Origin: Eubacteriales bacterium
GTDB taxonomy: Bacteria > Bacillota > Clostridia > Oscillospirales > SIG627
DNA: 64,000 bases
Direction of reading: 5' to 3'
Assembly (NCBI GenBank): GCA_045541915.1
Contig: JAZQJZ010000039.1
Coordinates: 13,253 to 77,252, forward strand
Part shown: piece by piece, positions 37,869 to 45,495 of the stretch
Layout of the letters: every line of letters starts with the position of its first letter
Position numbering within the stretch: position 1 is the stretch's first letter
Translations under genes and position numbers: made by a program
The notes under the pieces: model-generated
What the model was told of the DNA's origin: nothing
What the model saw: the letters and a program-made list of their open reading frames with translations, nothing else
The model's database searches: none

Positions 37869-38816
37869 ATGAAGATCACGGTATTTGAATGGGAAACGGT
37901 TTGCGGAAGCGATCTGGATCCCGGCGGCTTAGAAAAGCTTGGTCAGGTGCGCTTTTTCGGCACGCCAAAGCCGGAGGAGGTAGTCTCCCTTGTTGGCGAC
38001 AGCCAGGCGGTTTTGTGCAGTAAGGTTCGCTTTACTGCGGAGGTGATGGATGCCTGCCCCAATCTTTCTTATATTGGCCTTATGGCAACCGGGTATAATA
38101 ATATTGACATTGCCGCCGCCCGGGAGCGGGGAATCCTGGTGACCAACATTCCCGATTATTCTGCCGATGCTGTCTGCCAGATGACCATGGCTTATATTTT
38201 GCAGTTTGCCACCAATCTCATTCGGTATGACGCCGCCACCAAACGGGGCGACTGGACACGATCCCCCTTCTTTTGCTATTATCCCTATCCCATGATCGAG
38301 CTTTCCGGCAAAACCCTTGGCCTTTTGGGCCTTGGCTCCATTGGAAGCCGCGTAGCAAAGGCGGCGGAAGCCTTTGGAATGAAAGTTCTTTATCACACCC
38401 GGAGAAAACGGGACGTTCCCTATGAATATGTTTCCCTGGAGGAGCTGTTTTCCCGGAGTGACTTTCTCTCCCTTCACTGCCCCTTGACCGAGCAAACAAG
38501 TGGAATCATCAACAAAGAGGCTCTTTCCAAAATGAAGAAAAATGCCTATTTGATCAACACGGCCCGCGGCCCTCTGGTGAAGGAAGAGGATCTGGCAAGG
38601 GCGCTGAAGGAGGAACGGATCGCCGGATTTGCCGGAGACGTTCTGGTAAACGAGCCCCAGCGGGAGGACTGCCCCCTTTTGGGCCTAGAAAACTGTATTC
38701 TCACTCCCCACATTGCCTGGGCACCCAAGGAGACCAGAGAGCGCCTTTGGGGAATTCTTCTTTCCAATTTAGAGGCATTCTTATCCGGCGAGCCGAAGAA
38801 TGTGGTGGAAGGGTAA
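37869..38816 (+). CDS. D-isomer-specific 2-hydroxyacid dehydrogenase (glycerate dehydrogenase-like)
   Basis: 315 aa. NAD motif GLLGLGSIGSRVA and catalytic-region pattern NTARG...TPHIAWA. Confidence 0.85.
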   Translation: MKITVFEWETVCGSDLDPGGLEKLGQVRFFGTPKPEEVVSLVGDSQAVLCSKVRFTAEVMDACPNLSYIGLMATGYNNIDIAAARERGILVTNIPDYSADAVCQMTMAYILQFATNLIRYDAATKRGDWTRSPFFCYYPYPMIELSGKTLGLLGLGSIGSRVAKAAEAFGMKVLYHTRRKRDVPYEYVSLEELFSRSDFLSLHCPLTEQTSGIINKEALSKMKKNAYLINTARGPLVKEEDLARALKEERIAGFAGDVLVNEPQREDCPLLGLENCILTPHIAWAPKETRERLWGILLSNLEAFLSGEPKNVVEG

Positions 38817-38882
38817 AAAGTTCAAATTGAGGAAATGATTTTCCTTTTATATAAAACCAATATCAAAAAGGAGATGGATGCT

Positions 38883-39677
38883 ATGAATGCAAAATCAAAA
38901 AAACCCGGTATTGTGATCGCCATTGTCTTGATCTGTCTTGCGGCGCTGTTTGTCCTTGCCAATTGCTTTACCATTGTAGAAGCCGGCCATACGGGCGTGG
39001 TTCTTACCTTGGGTAGGGTGAATGAGGCCGTTCTGTCCGAGGGCTTTCACTTGAAAATTCCCTTTGCCCAGGAAGTGGTGCAGATCGACAACCGTATTTC
39101 CAAATTGGAAGTGAATACTGAGGCCTTTTCCAAGGACCTGCAGACCGTTTCCACCACCCTTGCCATCAACTATCGCGTGGATTCTGCCAAGAGCAGTGAG
39201 CTTTATCAAAACATCGGAAGAAATTATGAAACCGTTTTGGTGGTACCGGCGGTGAACGAGGTATTGAAGGCCATCACCGCCCGGTACACTGCCGAGGAGA
39301 GCGTAACCAACCGCGTGATCATTTCCGACGGGCTCATTTCCGGCTTGAATGAAAAACTCAACGAGGAAGGGCTTTATGTGAACGATGTGAACATTATGAA
39401 CTTCGACTTTTCCGAAGCGTTCATTACGGCCATTGAAGAAAAACAGGTGGCCCAGCAGCAGCTTTTAAAGGCCGAGACGGAAAAGCAAACTGCCATTACC
39501 AATGCCGAGGCAGAGGCAGAGACCATTCGCATCAAGGCTCAGGCTGAGGCGGAGGCCAACCGCATTGTCAGCGAATCCTTAAATGAGATCATCATTGAAA
39601 ACAAGAAGATCGAAAAGTGGAACGGTCAGCTTCCTCAGGTAATGGGGGATGCAGATCCGCTGATTGCCATTGAATAA
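38883..39677 (+). CDS. SPFH/prohibitin-family membrane protein
   Basis: ATG 38883, 8 nt after AAGGAG. N-terminal TM helix, SPFH core, Ala/Glu-rich coiled-coil tail. Confidence 0.8.
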   Translation: MNAKSKKPGIVIAIVLICLAALFVLANCFTIVEAGHTGVVLTLGRVNEAVLSEGFHLKIPFAQEVVQIDNRISKLEVNTEAFSKDLQTVSTTLAINYRVDSAKSSELYQNIGRNYETVLVVPAVNEVLKAITARYTAEESVTNRVIISDGLISGLNEKLNEEGLYVNDVNIMNFDFSEAFITAIEEKQVAQQQLLKAETEKQTAITNAEAEAETIRIKAQAEAEANRIVSESLNEIIIENKKIEKWNGQLPQVMGDADPLIAIE

Positions 39678-39684
39678 AGACCAT

Positions 39685-39719
39685 AAAAAAGAGGTGTGAG
39701 AATTCACACCTCTTTTTTT
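39685..39719. terminator. bidirectional terminator between convergent genes
   Basis: aaaaaagaggtgtga-gaat-tcacacctc-ttttttt. The MFS stop codon lies inside the 3' arm. Confidence 0.8.
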
Positions 39720-40897
39720 GTTTTCACTTTGTTTTTCTTGTCAAAGCGCAGGTTTTCCCGTTCGGTGAACAGGATCATCAGAACCACGAAAAGGGCAAGA
39801 TAGACGGGGTAAAAGGAAAGCTTTAGAGCGCCTGAAATCAAGCCGAAGATGGAAGGCGCCACGGTGCTTCCCGTATAAGCTGCCGCCATTTGAATGCCCA
39901 CAATGGCGTGGGAATTTTCCCGGCCGTAAAGGGTGGGCGTAGAGTGAATGAGCGCCGGGTAAAAGGGCGCGCCGCCTACACCGGTGATCACAAGTCCCCA
40001 AAGGGCAAGGGTACTGCTCTTGGTGGGAAAAAGAAGGAGAAAAACCCCCAAGGCCATCAGAACCACACCGCTTCGCACCATATTCCGATCTCCCACCCGG
40101 TTTGCCACAAAGCCGGAAAAAAGTCTTCCCACGGTGATGCCCAGATAAAACATGGAGGCAAAGTGGGCGGCGGTAATTTCATCCACCCCTCGCACCGAAA
40201 CCAGATAGGTGCTGGCCCAAAGACCGGCGGAGGTTTCCAATGCGCAGTAGCAGAAGAAGGCGATCATCGAGCCTTTCACTCCTTTGATCCTCAAGGCATC
40301 AAAAAAGGAAAGATCGGATTCTTCCTCCTCTCTCATTTCCTTTTTGGGAAAGGTCTTTTTCCAGAGGGGAAGGGTGAGAAACAAAAAGGCGCAAAGAACA
40401 AACTGAATGAGGGAAACGGTGCTGTATCCTACTTCCCACCCGCGGGTGGAGGAAAGGGCCCAGCCCATAATATACGGGCTGATGGTGGCGCCCACGCCCC
40501 AGAAGCAGTGAAGCCAGTTCATATGGCTGGATTTGTAATGAAGGGCCACAAAATTGTTTAAGGCGGCATCTACCGCGCCGGCACCCAAGCCGTAAGGCAC
40601 TGCCAAGAGGCACAGGGCAAGGTAGGAGGAGGCCCGGGAAAAGCCAAAGAGGGCCACGGCGGTGAGAAGAACGCTAAAGGCGGTGACCTTTTCCGTTCCC
40701 AGCTTTTTGGTGACAGAGTCGGCAAAAAGACTGGCAAAGACCGTTCCGGAAGAAATGATCATAGAAACAAATCCCGCCCAGGATAAGGGTGCGCCGATCT
40801 CCAGGGACATCACCGGCCAGGCGGAGCCCAGCAGGGAATCCGGAAGCCCCAGACTGATAAATGAAAGATAAATAATGGCAAGAAGAAGCGAATACAT
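39704..40897 (-). CDS. MFS transporter
   Basis: 397 aa, about 12 hydrophobic segments, with a central basic loop. Confidence 0.8.
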   Translation of the reverse strand: MYSLLLAIIYLSFISLGLPDSLLGSAWPVMSLEIGAPLSWAGFVSMIISSGTVFASLFADSVTKKLGTEKVTAFSVLLTAVALFGFSRASSYLALCLLAVPYGLGAGAVDAALNNFVALHYKSSHMNWLHCFWGVGATISPYIMGWALSSTRGWEVGYSTVSLIQFVLCAFLFLTLPLWKKTFPKKEMREEEESDLSFFDALRIKGVKGSMIAFFCYCALETSAGLWASTYLVSVRGVDEITAAHFASMFYLGITVGRLFSGFVANRVGDRNMVRSGVVLMALGVFLLLFPTKSSTLALWGLVITGVGGAPFYPALIHSTPTLYGRENSHAIVGIQMAAAYTGSTVAPSIFGLISGALKLSFYPVYLALFVVLMILFTERENLRFDKKNKVKTKKEV

Positions 40898-40964
40898 AAA
40901 AGATCCTTTCTTTTTGATAAAGGGAAAACTGTCCCTATTATGATACGGTTCACGCCTTTTTTTG

Positions 40965-41726
40965 TCAACCGATTTTTTGCCCCTCCTGGTACAACCTTCG
41001 GTAACCGGAGGGAGTGTGCCCGGTTCTTTTTTTGAACAGACGGGAAAAGTAATTGCCGTCGGAAAAGCCGGTCATTTGGGCGATCTCCTCCATGGAATAA
41101 AGGCCCTGCACCAAAAAAAGCTTTGCCTGATCCACCCTCAGATCAATCAGATAATCGATGATGGATCTTCCCGTTTCCTTTTTAAAGACCGTTTCGCAGT
41201 AGATGGGGGAAAAGTAGGTTTCCTCCGCAATGTCATCCAGGGTGATCCTATTTTCCAGATTCTGATGAAGATAAGACACGATCTTCTGCACCAGAGGATT
41301 GGTTTCCCGGGAGGTGATCTGGTCCTTCAGAGCCAAAAGGAGATTTAAGATCAGAAGCTTTGTTTTCTCTGTGGTGTTGGGAAGGTAGTTTTCCTTTTGC
41401 TCCTCGTCAAAAGCAGAAAGAAGAAAGAGGATCTCCCGGTTCACACCCCCCTGAATGAAAGAGGGAAGCTGGGGAAAGCCCTCCCCAAGAAAGTTGAAGC
41501 TGACATAATCCGAAGGAGAGGCCCCTTCCTTTCGGCTTCGCATGGTGCCGGGAGGAAGGCAGATCACATCGCCCCCTTGCACCAAAAGTTTCCGGTCGCC
41601 CAGGGAATATTCCAGTTCCCCTTTTAAGACCAGGGTCAATTCGGTATAGGAAATGGCCTTTTTTCTGATTTTGACCGCCCGCCCGTTCTGGCGGTGCCGG
41701 GCGAGGATAATAGAATGGATCTCCAT
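40965..41726 (-). CDS. AraC-family transcriptional regulator
   Basis: 253 aa. Cupin-like N-terminal half and C-terminal HTH (IAQMTGFSDGNYFSRLFKKRTGHTPSGYR). Confidence 0.85.
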   Translation of the reverse strand: MEIHSIILARHRQNGRAVKIRKKAISYTELTLVLKGELEYSLGDRKLLVQGGDVICLPPGTMRSRKEGASPSDYVSFNFLGEGFPQLPSFIQGGVNREILFLLSAFDEEQKENYLPNTTEKTKLLILNLLLALKDQITSRETNPLVQKIVSYLHQNLENRITLDDIAEETYFSPIYCETVFKKETGRSIIDYLIDLRVDQAKLFLVQGLYSMEEIAQMTGFSDGNYFSRLFKKRTGHTPSGYRRLYQEGQKIG

Positions 41727-41846
41727 ATTAAGATTGTGCTAATCCTTTCTCCAAAACATAAGATTATCTATTTATTTGCATTAAAAATGTACTATAATGA
41801 GAATAACACAAACGGAAAAAAAGTCAAGTGGTTTCAAGGAGGAATT

Positions 41847-42704
41847 ATGATCCGACTGGCAGCATTTGCGGATGAAGCCAATCCTTCTCTGCAAAAACAG
41901 ATTCTGGCGCTGAAAAGAAATGGCATTTCCATGATCGAATTGAGAGGTCTGGACGGGGTAAATATTTCCAAAATCAGCCTGGAGGACGCAAAAAATTATG
42001 CCCGTCTTTTAAAGGACGAGGGCATTGAAGTTTGGTCCATCGGCTCTCCCGTTGGCAAAATTGACATTGCAAATCCCTTTTCCGAAACGGAGGAGGAATT
42101 GAGACATATCTGCCGCCTGGCCAACATTTTCGGCACCTCAAGGATCCGTATGTTCAGCTTCAAAAATGCCGAGGGTCAGGGCGAAAAGGTGGTGGAAAAC
42201 CTGAAGAAAATGGTTTCCATTGCCAAGGAATTCTCTTGCGATCTTTACCACGAAAACGAAAAGAAGATCTTTGGGGAGAAGGCCAAGGATGTAACGCTTC
42301 TTTTGGATCGGGTAGAGGGATTGAAATCCATCTATGACCCGGCAAACTACATTGAAGTGGGCGAGGATCCGGAAATGACCCTTTCTGCCTTGGCACCCAG
42401 AGCCGATTACTATCACATTAAGGACGCTCTTCTGGAAACCGGTCAGATCGTACCGGCTGGCCAGGGCGACGGGCGGATCCTTCAGCTGATAAAAAGCATT
42501 TCGCCGGAGAAAGATGTGACCTTGACCCTGGAGCCCCATCTTGCCATCTTTGACGGCTTTGCGCAAATCGACGAATCCCAATTAAAGAATAAATATGTAT
42601 TTCCCGATAACGAAACCTCCTTCGATGCGGCAGTAAGCGCCTTAAAACAGGTGCTGGGTGAAGCCGGCTACGAGGAAAATGAGAAAGGATGGAACAGAAA
42701 ATGA
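41847..42704 (+). CDS. sugar phosphate isomerase/epimerase (xylose isomerase-like TIM barrel)
   Basis: ATG 41847 after a GGAGGA RBS. About 285 aa with pattern RIRMFS...YHENE...HIKD. Confidence 0.7.
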   Translation: MIRLAAFADEANPSLQKQILALKRNGISMIELRGLDGVNISKISLEDAKNYARLLKDEGIEVWSIGSPVGKIDIANPFSETEEELRHICRLANIFGTSRIRMFSFKNAEGQGEKVVENLKKMVSIAKEFSCDLYHENEKKIFGEKAKDVTLLLDRVEGLKSIYDPANYIEVGEDPEMTLSALAPRADYYHIKDALLETGQIVPAGQGDGRILQLIKSISPEKDVTLTLEPHLAIFDGFAQIDESQLKNKYVFPDNETSFDAAVSALKQVLGEAGYEENEKGWNRK

Positions 42705-43477
42705 ATGCAGGACTGAATCTTTATTCTCTGCGCAAGCTTATTACAACCGAAGAGGATTTTCTGGCAACCGCCAAAAAATTAAAGCAGATGGGATATTCTT
42801 ATCTCCAGTATTCCGGCGCCGAATTCGACCCGGAGCGGATCCGCAGAGTCAGCCAGGAGACCTCTCTTCCCGTGGTACTCACTCACGTGCCCTACGATCG
42901 CATCATCAACGATACGGAAAAGCTTATGGAGGAGCACCAGGTGTTCGGTTGCCACAACATCGGTCTTGGTATGGTTCCCTTCTCCCTTTGCCGGGAGACC
43001 AAACAGTGCCTGGAGGCCATTGAGAAAATGGAAAAGGCCGCAGAAAAAATGGAAAAAGCCGGCTTCCACTTCTTCTATCACAACCATCACTTGGAATTTT
43101 TCCGGATCGACGGCAGAACCTATTTTGACCGTCTCATCGAGGAAGCGCCTCACTTGAATTTCACGCTTGATACCTATTGGGTGCAAAACGGCGGCGGCGA
43201 TATTTTGAAAATGATAGATCGCCTGGCCGGCAGAATCGGCTGTGTCCATTTAAAGGATTACACCGTGGGAATCCCGATCCAGAAGCCGGACGAAAAAAAG
43301 ATGGTTCCCGTATTTGCTCCGGTGGGCAGCGGAAGCCTTGATTTCCCCACCATTGTGGAAAAAATGAAAGCGGCCGGCACTCAGTATTTTCTTGTGGAGC
43401 AGGACAATGCAGTGTTCTATCCCGATCCTCTGGGTCAGGTGGAAGAGAGTATTCGCTATATCAGAGAGGAGCTTTAA
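42701..43477 (+). CDS. sugar phosphate isomerase/epimerase (xylose isomerase-like TIM barrel)
   Basis: ATG 42701 in an ATGA overlap with the upstream stop. About 258 aa with pattern YHNH..EF...HLKD...GSG. Confidence 0.7.
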   Translation: MNAGLNLYSLRKLITTEEDFLATAKKLKQMGYSYLQYSGAEFDPERIRRVSQETSLPVVLTHVPYDRIINDTEKLMEEHQVFGCHNIGLGMVPFSLCRETKQCLEAIEKMEKAAEKMEKAGFHFFYHNHHLEFFRIDGRTYFDRLIEEAPHLNFTLDTYWVQNGGGDILKMIDRLAGRIGCVHLKDYTVGIPIQKPDEKKMVPVFAPVGSGSLDFPTIVEKMKAAGTQYFLVEQDNAVFYPDPLGQVEESIRYIREEL

Positions 43478-43480
43478 AAA

Positions 43481-44650
43481 ATGGAAAAGGTACGTTACGG
43501 CATCATCGGCCTTGGAAACCAGGGCAGCACCTACAATTTGAAGATTTTTGACAGAGACAAGGTGGAAAACGGAGTGGTCACCGCCCTTTGCGATAACGAT
43601 CCGGAAAAGATCCGCATCATGAAGGAAAAGACCCAAAACCAATCCATCACCTATTTTGAAGACTATAAGGAAATGCTCGACTCCGGCCTTTGCGATGCGG
43701 TTTTAATTGAAACGCCCCATTACATTCACCCGGAAATCTCGATGGAGTGCTTCAAGCGCGGTATTCATGTGCTCTGCGAAAAGCCGGCAGGCGTTTATGC
43801 CGACCAGGTACGGGAAATGAACGAAGCAGCCGAAAAGACCAATTCCCTTTTCGGTATGATGTTCAATCAGAGAACCAATTGCAACTATCGGAAAATGAGA
43901 GAAATGGTCCTGGGCGGTGAAATCGGAGAAATTCAGAGAATCACCTGGATCATCACCGACTGGTTCCGCACTCAGACCTATTACGATTTAGGTCAGTGGA
44001 GAGCCACCTGGTCCGGAGAGGGCGGCGGCGTTCTCATCAACCAGGCTCCTCACCAGCTGGATCTGGTGCAGTGGATCATCGGTCAAAGCCCCAAATCGGT
44101 CAACGGCTTCTGCAAGTACGGACACTGGCACGATGTAGAGGTGGAGGACGAGGTTACCGCATATCTGGAATATGAAAACGGCGCCACCGGTGTGTTCATC
44201 ACCACCACCGGCGAAGCACCCGGCACCAACCGCCTGGAAATTTCCGGCACCAAGGGAAAGCTTCTCTGCGAAGGGAAGAATTTGATGTTCTATCGCAATG
44301 CCCAGGATAGCCGGGAGTACTCCAAAACCTCCCCGGAAGCCCATAAAAAGCCTGATGTGGAAGTGATCGAAGTGGAGACCGACGGCAAGAATCCCAAGCA
44401 CGCCGGCATTATCAATAACTTTACCAATGCCATTCTGGGCAAGGAAGAGCTCTTTGTGGATGGCAGAGAGGGAATCCGCGGCGTGGAGCTGATGAACGCC
44501 ATCGAATATTCCGGCTGGATGGGCGGCATCAAGGTCACCCTTCCCGTGGACGGCAAACAGTACCTGGAGGAATTGAACCGCCGCAGAGCCACCTCCCGTG
44601 TGAAGGAAAAGGTGGAGGCCAAGGTTCTGGATACCTCCAACAGCTATTAA
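43481..44650 (+). CDS. Gfo/Idh/MocA-family oxidoreductase
   Basis: 389 aa. Rossmann YGIIGLGNQG and the EKP motif in VLCEKPAG. Confidence 0.85.
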   Translation: MEKVRYGIIGLGNQGSTYNLKIFDRDKVENGVVTALCDNDPEKIRIMKEKTQNQSITYFEDYKEMLDSGLCDAVLIETPHYIHPEISMECFKRGIHVLCEKPAGVYADQVREMNEAAEKTNSLFGMMFNQRTNCNYRKMREMVLGGEIGEIQRITWIITDWFRTQTYYDLGQWRATWSGEGGGVLINQAPHQLDLVQWIIGQSPKSVNGFCKYGHWHDVEVEDEVTAYLEYENGATGVFITTTGEAPGTNRLEISGTKGKLLCEGKNLMFYRNAQDSREYSKTSPEAHKKPDVEVIEVETDGKNPKHAGIINNFTNAILGKEELFVDGREGIRGVELMNAIEYSGWMGGIKVTLPVDGKQYLEELNRRRATSRVKEKVEAKVLDTSNSY

Positions 44651-44653
44651 AAT

Positions 44654-44687
44654 AAAAAGATGTGTGGAAAATCCACACATCTTTTTT
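44654..44687. terminator. terminator-like palindrome, left bracket of cassette 2
   Basis: aaaaagatgtgtggaaaatccacacatctttttt. Identical 34-mer recurs at 45452-45485. The SLOG stop codon overlaps its T-run. Confidence 0.85.
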
Positions 44688-45138
44688 ATATTTTCTCCAG
44701 TGGAAAGCTTCCCAAGTTGATAATTTTAATGTTTTTCTTTTTTGCTTTTTCAATATAAGTGTAGGTGTTGGAAATAGGATTTTCTAAAAAGCAAACAATA
44801 AAATCAACGCGGTTCAGCATAAAATGGTTTCGTTTGGAGATTGCAAAGCGTTTTGGCGTTTTTGAAATGCAGTCGGGAAAAATGGTTTTTTGGAGGTCAT
44901 AATAAATGGAATTCTTTTTTTGATTTAAATAGGCTAACACCACCTTGATTTCAATGCTGTGTTTTTCTTCAAGGGAGCATAAAACTTCATAAGCAGTTTT
45001 GTCAAATCTTCCGTGAGTACCTACGAAAAAAGTATGAACATTTTCATTGATAATCAAATTTTCAATCACTGAAAATAAGGCTTTTCTCAAATCATCTGGA
45101 CAATTTCTATGTCCGAAAAAAGCACACGCCGCCATCAT
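44686..45138 (-). CDS. DUF1273/YpsA-like SLOG-fold protein, diverged paralogue of 35815-36294
   Basis: 150 aa. MMAACAFFGHRN, HTFFVGTHGRFD loop, C-terminal NTYTYIEKAKKKNIKIINL. GAGGTG RBS sits 2 nt upstream of the first ATG (45138-45136), so the second ATG (45135-45133) is the more plausible start. Very AT-rich. Confidence 0.55.
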   Translation of the reverse strand: MMAACAFFGHRNCPDDLRKALFSVIENLIINENVHTFFVGTHGRFDKTAYEVLCSLEEKHSIEIKVVLAYLNQKKNSIYYDLQKTIFPDCISKTPKRFAISKRNHFMLNRVDFIVCFLENPISNTYTYIEKAKKKNIKIINLGSFPLEKI

Positions 45139-45235
45139 ATCACCTCTTTTATTCCATCCATTTTAAGGGAATTCCCCTTAAAAGTCAATAAGGCATCATC
45201 CCTTAAGGCATAATTTATTAGAAGGGGTGATAAGG

Positions 45236-45448
45236 ATGTTTCATAGAATTCGCGATTTGCGCGAGGACCGGGATCTGACGCAAACACAATTGGCCCGGTA
45301 TTTGCAAATTCATCAAACAACTTATTCCGATTATGAAATTGGGAATTTGAATGTTCCCGTGGACATTCTCATCAAATTGGCAAAGTTTTATGATACCAGC
45401 GTTGATTATCTTGTGGAATTGACAAACGAAGCCAAGCCATATCGATAA
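45236..45448 (+). CDS. minimal XRE-family HTH protein
   Basis: 70 aa from ATG 45236, after a GAAGGGG RBS. HTH_3 pattern LTQTQLARYLQIHQTTYSDYEIGNLNVPVDILIKLAKFY. Confidence 0.8.
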   Translation: MFHRIRDLREDRDLTQTQLARYLQIHQTTYSDYEIGNLNVPVDILIKLAKFYDTSVDYLVELTNEAKPYR

Positions 45449-45451
45449 AAC

Positions 45452-45485
45452 AAAAAGATGTGTGGAAAATCCACACATCTTTTTT
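45452..45485. terminator. terminator-like palindrome, right bracket of cassette 2
   Basis: Identical to 44654-44687. Lies between the XRE stop (45448) and the convergent gene's stop (45496). Confidence 0.85.
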
Positions 45486-45495
45486 TTGCTTTGGT

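Noticed and set aside
35299-45485. Interpretation of the cassette-flanked region as a prophage remnant or integrative element
   Set aside because: No integrase, recombinase, transposase, or phage structural or replication gene is visible anywhere in the window. Only the small cassettes themselves look foreign by composition.
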